Source: Chthonomonas calidirosea T49
GTDB taxonomy: Bacteria; Armatimonadota; Chthonomonadetes; Chthonomonadales; Chthonomonadaceae
Assembly (NCBI RefSeq): GCF_000427095.1
Contig: NC_021487.1
Location: forward strand, 1,358,924-1,390,923
Length of the DNA stretch: 32,000 bases
Direction of reading: 5' to 3'
Of this stretch, positions 27,001 to 32,000 are shown one piece after another; the stretch's first letter is position 1; each line of letters begins with the position of its first letter. Made by a program: the position numbers and the translations under genes. The notes under the pieces were generated by a model. The model was not told where the DNA came from and made no database searches. It was given only the letters and a program-made list of their open reading frames with translations.

Positions 27001-30000
27001 AACGGTTGGAAGAACTCGCCAAACTGCTTCGGATCGTCCCATGGCGAGACTGCGTTGGCATAGGGTGCCGTGCCCGTTGGCGCGAAAGGAATGCTATGCA
27101 CGCCATTGTTATTTACTGCAGAGTAACCTGTACCGGCCGGCACGTTGCCAAAATCGAGCGCAGCGCCCTCCACGTGGAGGCGGAAAGAAGGCGCCACGCA
27201 CATGCCAAGGTTGAACTGTCGGCGCGCTTCCTCGATTTCGGCACGATTGTAACCGTTGAAGACTCCTGGACGTAAGGGACGCCCTGGTAACTGAACGACC
27301 ACCTGTGCCCGCTGGGCGATATAGCCTAGCGCTGGGAAAGTACCTGTTCCCGGTGTAGTCGGGGGCTGCCCATCGTTGAAAGTACGAATGGGGCCGAGCA
27401 CAGGGGAACCGAGTGCACCAAGCACCTGCCCAGCCTCATTCGTAAACGAGTCGCCGAAATTCCCGAAGGCGGTCTGCACAATGCCACGATTTACATTGGC
27501 TGGCTGATACTTTGGTACATTTACTGTAAGGTTCAACTGCTCCGGGGTGGGAGTGCGGTCGGCCACATTATTGTCACCACTCGGCAATACAGGAGCCGGC
27601 AATGGCAATGCGGTACGGGTGGCATCCACACCGTTTTGTCCTGTAACGGAAACATTGGTCGCCGCAATAGCCGGATAGTCCGGGGTGCTTGTGCCATCAC
27701 CTGGGAGCTGTTCCCAAGGCAACGGGTTCATCACAGAGCTAGGCCCACCCCACCAAACCAGCGACGGCATCTGAACGATAATGTTGAGTGGGCTTCCTGT
27801 CAGCAACTGGTAAGCGCTTCTGTCTTCCACATAAAACGCCGGAACTCGATTCCCGTTGGCATCTATGCCACGATACTGTACGCTGCTGCCATCAACAGCC
27901 ATATCGAGCGGGGCAAAGAGCGACTTTACCCCAAAATTACCTATCCAACCGGTCTGTGCCCCATTGCCCAACAGTTCAGCAATGTTATTGATGGTAATAT
28001 TGGGATTATCCGCCGACGGTGCCCAACCAATGATATTGAAAATGTTATTGCCGGTTTGGTCGGCACTGCCCGAACCCGAGGGGTTCGTACCGGCGACCGT
28101 GAGCGCCAACGGGTTGGTAATGTAGACTCGCCGTGCCCGTCCACGGGCTGCGATATTGTTTGGAGAGCTTTGCAAGGCCCGACTGACATTGCCGAAAATG
28201 TAACCGTGGTCGGCTCCGTTGACATCCCGTTGCCCGCCGAAAAAGAGCGGAGAATCGAAGCGGGCCGGTGTGTAATTGATAGTCTGGTTTCCGTTTTTGT
28301 AGACAACATTCTGCTCGATATGAGCGCGGGCTGAAACCCGATAGCCCGATATGCCGGGGGCTAATGGATTATTCGCATCCGGCTGAATCGGAATAGAGGC
28401 CACGGCCACCCACGGGAACACGTAGTGCGTGGGGCCGGTCAGTAGGCCAGATGCGCCGTTCGGCGAGTTCGCAGGCGGATTGTTGGGGTCATCACCCCAG
28501 ATAGTAAACTGCTGGTTCCCAGCACCCGCATCACCTGGCCAACCGGCAGGCTGGCCATTGGCCGTAGTTGCAGGGACCTGAACGGTAATGGTTCGATTGC
28601 TACGCGGCACATCAATTCGGAACGTCACCGTGATGCGCGGCGGTGCGGTGCCATAGGCCGTTAACCCAGGCTGCTGTGGCTCCGCATGATAGACTCCCCA
28701 TGCTGCCACATAGAGATGGTCGCCCCAGTCTACCGCGAGGCCATTTGTGCCGTCCGGCACCTGACCTACAAGGGCGTTTGCACTAAAGGGCGTTCCTGTT
28801 GTCCCATTCGGCCAGAAAGTGTTCCAAACGTTCTGTGCGAAGTAGTCTACCCCGCGAATGTCAATATCTACCAAACTCTGGTCGTTTCCACCCCCACGCA
28901 GCTCAATAGGCGGCAATAAAATTCCTAAACCATTATTTCCGGTTCCATTTGTGAAGGCCGTTACCTGTCCGCCCTCATCTCCCTCAACAATATAGCTATT
29001 GATCAGGGCAGAGGCGGCAGAGCGTACGCTGCTCGAAGTCGTAGGTGGATTCCATATTAACGGTAAGAAAATATTGCCATTACCATCGTTATAGGCTTGG
29101 AGACCTACACCATAGAAGTTGCCCGTATCGTCCGAATAGACCAAACAAGGATAGGGCACATTATAGCTCAATGTGGTGCCGTCCAACAGCCCCTCCGATG
29201 GATCGGCCTGTAGTTGAGCTATGATCGGTGAAGAAAAGACGAAGCCCGATTGCGGAATATTCGTGGCATAAAGCTTCGGATTCAGGCCGTTGGCATCCAC
29301 CTGGATTCCATCCACCGTGCCATCGCTCTGCACCACATAGATCACGTCAGATGGCAGGGTTCCCTGCGGAAGTAGACTGCTATTTACCGGAACGGGCGCA
29401 TTGCCTCCAAAGCCCGGCACAAAAGGTGCTGTTCCATTGGGGTTATTGGGGTCGGGATTCGGTGGATCCGGCGTGGGTGGATAGACCCATGTTAATTGAT
29501 TTGTAAAGGGTACAGTTTGCCCATTGGGTGTGGCTTCTGGTAACAGATAGACTCGCCCACCTCCATCCGGCGTATCGCAAGTAAAGACGAGGTAGCGACT
29601 GTTCGAGCCCGTAGGCTGGTAGAAGGCAACCGTGCTCGGTGCAGCTCCCAATCCAGGGCCGGCCGTAGAAGGATAGGTCCAATAGAGCCTTTTCGTATTA
29701 TCATAGGTTACTTTGTTGCCGTTAACATTTGTGATGACATCATGATGGGCCAGTATGGCATAGACATAGCCATCTGAGGTCCCCACTATCAACGGATTCT
29801 CGCCAGCTCCATTGGCATAGTTCGGATCGTACATGGGCGATCCCGCTAGAAAGCCGATCTCAGGCTCATCGGTGAAGTTATCGGCCATGTTGAAGCCACC
29901 CGTTGGCGAGGGTGTGTTCACCCTGTGGAACGTATCCGCACCAAAGCGCGGCCACGTCCAAATTCGCTGGGTGGTTCCTGGAACCAAGATATTCTGGTTG

Positions 30001-32000
30001 TTGACATTAATCGTACCGAAATCCCCACGACCTCCGGCATCAAAGGCATACACGCGTCCATGCCCGCTATCCGAGCCTTGCGCAGTTACGATCAAGAGTT
30101 GAGGCCCGTTCGGATTGTCGGGGTCGTTCACCAGCGTAGGCGTCCACGTCATTCCCGTCATGGTAAGCAAAGTATCATTACGCACGATATAGGGCGTCGT
30201 GGCCGCTGCTGTTGTATTAGGATTGGGAATAATATCGCCATCGTAGATAAAGTGGCCGCCCGAATCGGTAGGCTGATCCGGCCCGAAGCTGAAGGCTGGA
30301 TAGCCAGCGCGACTATAAGTACCTGTATTCGCCGGAAGGCTGAAGTTGGGGTCCTCCCACTGCGCAGGTGCATTGGGCGGCTCATTTGCCGATCCTAACA
30401 GGGGTCGCACGGAAGGATAGACCCAATAGGCTGTTGTGGTGCGGGTAGAAAGGTCACCAGGGTCAGGGCCAAAGGGGTTGTTTCCAACTGGGTCTAGCGC
30501 ATAGATATGTCCTAAAGAGCCTCCAGCTGCAGTGGTCACAAAGTAGACCATTGGACGAACCTTGCCATCACGGCATCGTACATTGGCAAGTAGGGGTGAG
30601 GCCGTACAGGTACCCGTCCCCGCGTCCGGCAGCGCCACATAGCGCCAGCGCACACGGGTTTTAGAGGGCAACTCTTGCGGCTGACCATTTACAATTTGGA
30701 TACCATCTTCGTTATTTAGACAATAGAACACAGGTACGGTAAATGTCGTGTAAGCATCGTTGCCGGGCGTTAGCGGCGTCTGTGTAGGGTCTACTGGCGT
30801 GGTAGGAGGTGTGTTTGCTATAGTCTCTTCGCGTGCCACATAGTAAACGGTTTTCCCAAACTCTGGATCATTGGTGTTGGTAACCACTTTATTGCTACCA
30901 ACGATCGGAGCAAGAATACGTCCTTGAGCGCTGATCGGGCCCAGAGGTGATTGGGCGATGGCCCCCCCATTATTCCCATTGTTAGCGATGCCCAGCGGGA
31001 CAAACTCAACGGCGTCAGCGGTAACATAAGGTGGATGCAGATAGAGGGTCGTATCGTTTGGATTATCGGGTGTCAGCACGTAAAGCGTCACAACGATCTG
31101 GCTGGTGGGGTCGTTGCTGTTATAAGGGAAGACGGCTGGAGTTACCGATGTAGTACTAGAGGCGGCATAAGGACCGATCACTCGCCAACCTGGCCCGCCG
31201 GAGAGGTCTACCATATAGATGCGGCTATTGATCTCATCATAAACGCCTCCCCCACCTGGGGTACCAGTATTGTTGATGACGTTACCATTAACTGTCTTAA
31301 ACCAGCTAATGCGGACAAATGCATGTTTCAGATCTGGATGCGGAACGCCTGCTGCATCTAACGTGCCATCTCCGGGTGACCAGATAGAGACGGTATAGTT
31401 CAGCGTAACCCCCTGTAAGGAAGCGGGCAGTATAGGGTTCCCCATCGTCCACTGGGCTACCGGTTGGGCGCTATTAAGCACGTTATTTACTGCTTTATAA
31501 AGCTGAGGAGGCACATAGGGCAGTTGGGATAGCTGGTCTGCCGTAGCCGTCACCGTGTTCCCGTTCGAGTCGGTGTAGGTAATCGTAACCGGCTGAGGCG
31601 TAGCGATGCCGTAGTCGAAGTTGTTAGGATCGGTGGGGTCGGTTCCAAAAGAGAAACCGGCCTGCGGTACCCGCTGCGCTATAGGAGGAACGGTAAAGAC
31701 GTTAGTGTTCCATACTGAGAGGGCATTTTGGGTGACGTTAGGGTCAAAAATCTCCTTATTACCTGGAAATCCGGGAGGATTATCCACGATGATGGGATTG
31801 AGTGCAGAGACACTGGACGTTTGGTTTGAACTTCCATTCTGCGCACCGAGCAGATCTACACCGGTAGGCCATACCCATCGCGGAAGGCCATGAAAAGGCT
31901 GATTGGCTAGGTCCGTGAAGTTATTATAACCTTGGCGCAACGGCAAACCGTTGTTGTTGGCATCTAACGTTAGCGCGCCACGGTCTAACGTCCAGTCGTC
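24063..32000 (-). CDS. Giant multi-domain protein (>2,645 aa). The 5' end lies outside the window. Function unknown.
   Basis: The track starts it at TTG 31946. My translation of 31947-32000 in the same frame (DDWTLDRGALTLDANNNG) has no stop, so the ORF continues past the window. It has a PQQ/BamB-like repeat region (G[HR][IV]YA[LF]D ... W[VT][YW]P). An Ig-like segment is present (ALDFGNVPAGTGYSA...FTLVSDSNVNLVDLRI...GITVPLGTPVGTYVGTV). A C-terminal repeat region ends RLWLFWTSTRAGTTDLYMAAF. Confidence 0.9.
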   Translation of the reverse strand, partial: DDWTLDRGALTLDANNNGLPLRQGYNNFTDLANQPFHGLPRWVWPTGVDLLGAQNGSSNQTSSVSALNPIIVDNPPGFPGNKEIFDPNVTQNALSVWNTNVFTVPPIAQRVPQAGFSFGTDPTDPNNFDYGIATPQPVTITYTDSNGNTVTATADQLSQLPYVPPQLYKAVNNVLNSAQPVAQWTMGNPILPASLQGVTLNYTVSIWSPGDGTLDAAGVPHPDLKHAFVRISWFKTVNGNVINNTGTPGGGGVYDEINSRIYMVDLSGGPGWRVIGPYAASSTTSVTPAVFPYNSNDPTSQIVVTLYVLTPDNPNDTTLYLHPPYVTADAVEFVPLGIANNGNNGGAIAQSPLGPISAQGRILAPIVGSNKVVTNTNDPEFGKTVYYVAREETIANTPPTTPVDPTQTPLTPGNDAYTTFTVPVFYCLNNEDGIQIVNGQPQELPSKTRVRWRYVALPDAGTGTCTASPLLANVRCRDGKVRPMVYFVTTAAGGSLGHIYALDPVGNNPFGPDPGDLSTRTTTAYWVYPSVRPLLGSANEPPNAPAQWEDPNFSLPANTGTYSRAGYPAFSFGPDQPTDSGGHFIYDGDIIPNPNTTAAATTPYIVRNDTLLTMTGMTWTPTLVNDPDNPNGPQLLIVTAQGSDSGHGRVYAFDAGGRGDFGTINVNNQNILVPGTTQRIWTWPRFGADTFHRVNTPSPTGGFNMADNFTDEPEIGFLAGSPMYDPNYANGAGENPLIVGTSDGYVYAILAHHDVITNVNGNKVTYDNTKRLYWTYPSTAGPGLGAAPSTVAFYQPTGSNSRYLVFTCDTPDGGGRVYLLPEATPNGQTVPFTNQLTWVYPPTPDPPNPDPNNPNGTAPFVPGFGGNAPVPVNSSLLPQGTLPSDVIYVVQSDGTVDGIQVDANGLNPKLYATNIPQSGFVFSSPIIAQLQADPSEGLLDGTTLSYNVPYPCLVYSDDTGNFYGVGLQAYNDGNGNIFLPLIWNPPTTSSSVRSAASALINSYIVEGDEGGQVTAFTNGTGNNGLGILLPPIELRGGGNDQSLVDIDIRGVDYFAQNVWNTFWPNGTTGTPFSANALVGQVPDGTNGLAVDWGDHLYVAAWGVYHAEPQQPGLTAYGTAPPRITVTFRIDVPRSNRTITVQVPATTANGQPAGWPGDAGAGNQQFTIWGDDPNNPPANSPNGASGLLTGPTHYVFPWVAVASIPIQPDANNPLAPGISGYRVSARAHIEQNVVYKNGNQTINYTPARFDSPLFFGGQRDVNGADHGYIFGNVSRALQSSPNNIAARGRARRVYITNPLALTVAGTNPSGSGSADQTGNNIFNIIGWAPSADNPNITINNIAELLGNGAQTGWIGNFGVKSLFAPLDMAVDGSSVQYRGIDANGNRVPAFYVEDRSAYQLLTGSPLNIIVQMPSLVWWGGPSSVMNPLPWEQLPGDGTSTPDYPAIAATNVSVTGQNGVDATRTALPLPAPVLPSGDNNVADRTPTPEQLNLTVNVPKYQPANVNRGIVQTAFGNFGDSFTNEAGQVLGALGSPVLGPIRTFNDGQPPTTPGTGTFPALGYIAQRAQVVVQLPGRPLRPGVFNGYNRAEIEEARRQFNLGMCVAPSFRLHVEGAALDFGNVPAGTGYSAVNNNGVHSIPFAPTGTAPYANAVSPWDDPKQFGEFFQPFTLVSDSNVNLVDLRIATLIGQPGSTFSASSLTPGLAPATGAAVAQGLQSDQVDQLFSSWLLAPPFGSANSPIPTPGTGNIGFVSSFDHPYNNGQANLSDTDLYPIPNPFWTPNNLQPYPTLHKPLPGDAQGTVATIPDVPHGYVPSGNGFTPQAPKLGITVPLGTPVGTYVGTVVPYEDEMPLQWREWLATSGSNYGSSALAGNDDDILNTNPVGQALEAYANPGIQIKVTVVPNRLTGGTTQGSLSQIDTVNFAAPNNLEKSSPNATLPTGFNMLPAAVLYPAADNTSSLYLYWTSDSLRGNTAPGPTSPSDILYSWLTMPYLNLGSMGGVGYMSFAQFGQPNLQQWWNPTAPLLDLTNAGLLQTLFPTTGDNTIPGTLIPGTVQFASPTVATANDVAANGNITVGPPADNEAYLFFAGQVQKQTAPNQEVTEMRFFWQPLSPTYPYVPQGTPNFVPGNPSVPKYTPAPLLVKLAADSGRNVPAQKFLYLFYSVGRQDHTQIYYNFNLSTSLSGTLSEAGWQPDGILLPTPITLGQQSHPVPIYRRVYAQNPFNPNPDVRVFDAIDLYFTGVLPGRGDHAETLMIRYGIYRGENLGANAPVMTPGQLFVLPLPPVTDETLTRAGATNHFVARDVGWYIGYNNQQPFSNNPQPYLSLERIDQNGNVLQLLAGPGTFDPASQTITFNSALGGRIVIDPQAGIVRFPDVPPRSTDIVRISYIPQVMRLNTSRDDSNLIVADGYGNIPTNPLPMAFRAHPAVDAVGINTAPDVLLDRSPNPRQLLTSPVVVFAPNGQPLGANGPAMLTDRLWLFYHKTDVGGKTKSAIYFKTMRLMITLPYPVAVAKTASGTQIVGLTVTGARGPYEVDWQRGRIYFTEADEGNQVQVTYTYYNPATNTTGNSGTLTYQVAWGDEMSDTLGNDVYEAPLPVDGSVNEGQIAVLKDPLLNRLWLFWTSTRAGTTDLYMAAFAPKLYPDLVGQ

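Noticed and set aside
24660-28334. Long plus-strand ORFs inside the giant gene (24660-25463, 267 aa; 26256-27275, 339 aa; 27636-28334, 232 aa, and smaller ones)
   Set aside because: They lie antisense to a far longer, clearly coding frame. Their products are Arg/Gly/Cys/His-rich and low in complexity, and they have no SD sequences. The giant gene appears to use few TTA, CTA or TCA codons, which keeps the mirror frame open. I treat them as shadow ORFs.
1-32000. Search for CRISPR arrays, tRNA/rRNA genes, IS elements, integrases, DGR template/variable repeats and prophage genes
   Set aside because: I saw no direct-repeat/spacer periodicity and no cloverleaf-capable intergenic segments; all gaps are under 290 bp. 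No transposase, integrase or reverse-transcriptase motif appears in any of the listed ORFs. The similarity between repeats in the giant gene is at the degenerate protein-motif level, not DNA-level duplication.

Overview
The window is about 55% GC and looks like ordinary, densely packed bacterial chromosome. I found no rRNA, tRNA, CRISPR array, transposase or integrase. I support 21 CDSs.

Gene content, left to right:
- 1-3992 (minus strand): an envelope-associated cluster. It holds an AMIN-domain protein truncated at the left edge, a small secreted protein, and a FecR/DUF6600 protein with a long proline-rich tail.
- 4256-7305: a YncE-like beta-propeller gene followed by an OmpR/CusR-like response regulator and a CusS-like histidine kinase.
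- 7279-11310 (minus strand): an AddB-type helicase-nuclease subunit with no AddA partner nearby, then endonuclease V.
- 11487-12665: a Gfo/Idh/MocA oxidoreductase.
- 12761-18351: an ArsR-type regulator, a membrane-fusion protein, an RND pump and a small DUF2892 (YgaP-like) membrane protein.
- 18583-21374: an adenylate-forming ligase, a creatininase-family hydrolase and a small protein.
- 21522-23947: a secreted helical-repeat protein and, divergently, an O-methyltransferase.
- 24063-32000 (minus strand): one giant ORF.

The most unusual object is the giant ORF. It is still open at position 32000, so the protein exceeds 2,645 aa. It is Asn/Pro/Gly/Thr-rich and has only six Cys by my manual count. 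It contains two different repeat-defined, putative beta-propeller regions. I recognise no catalytic, anchoring or sorting module.

I cannot demonstrate a multi-gene novel system from this window. The giant ORF's upstream neighbours lie outside it.

Secondary oddities:
- The AddB-like nuclease motif reads DYT instead of DYK.
- A YgaV/YgaP-like regulator and membrane-protein pair brackets an RND pump that carries a His-rich N-terminal tail.

The taxonomic impression (a diderm, possibly Armatimonadota-like) is only a guess.
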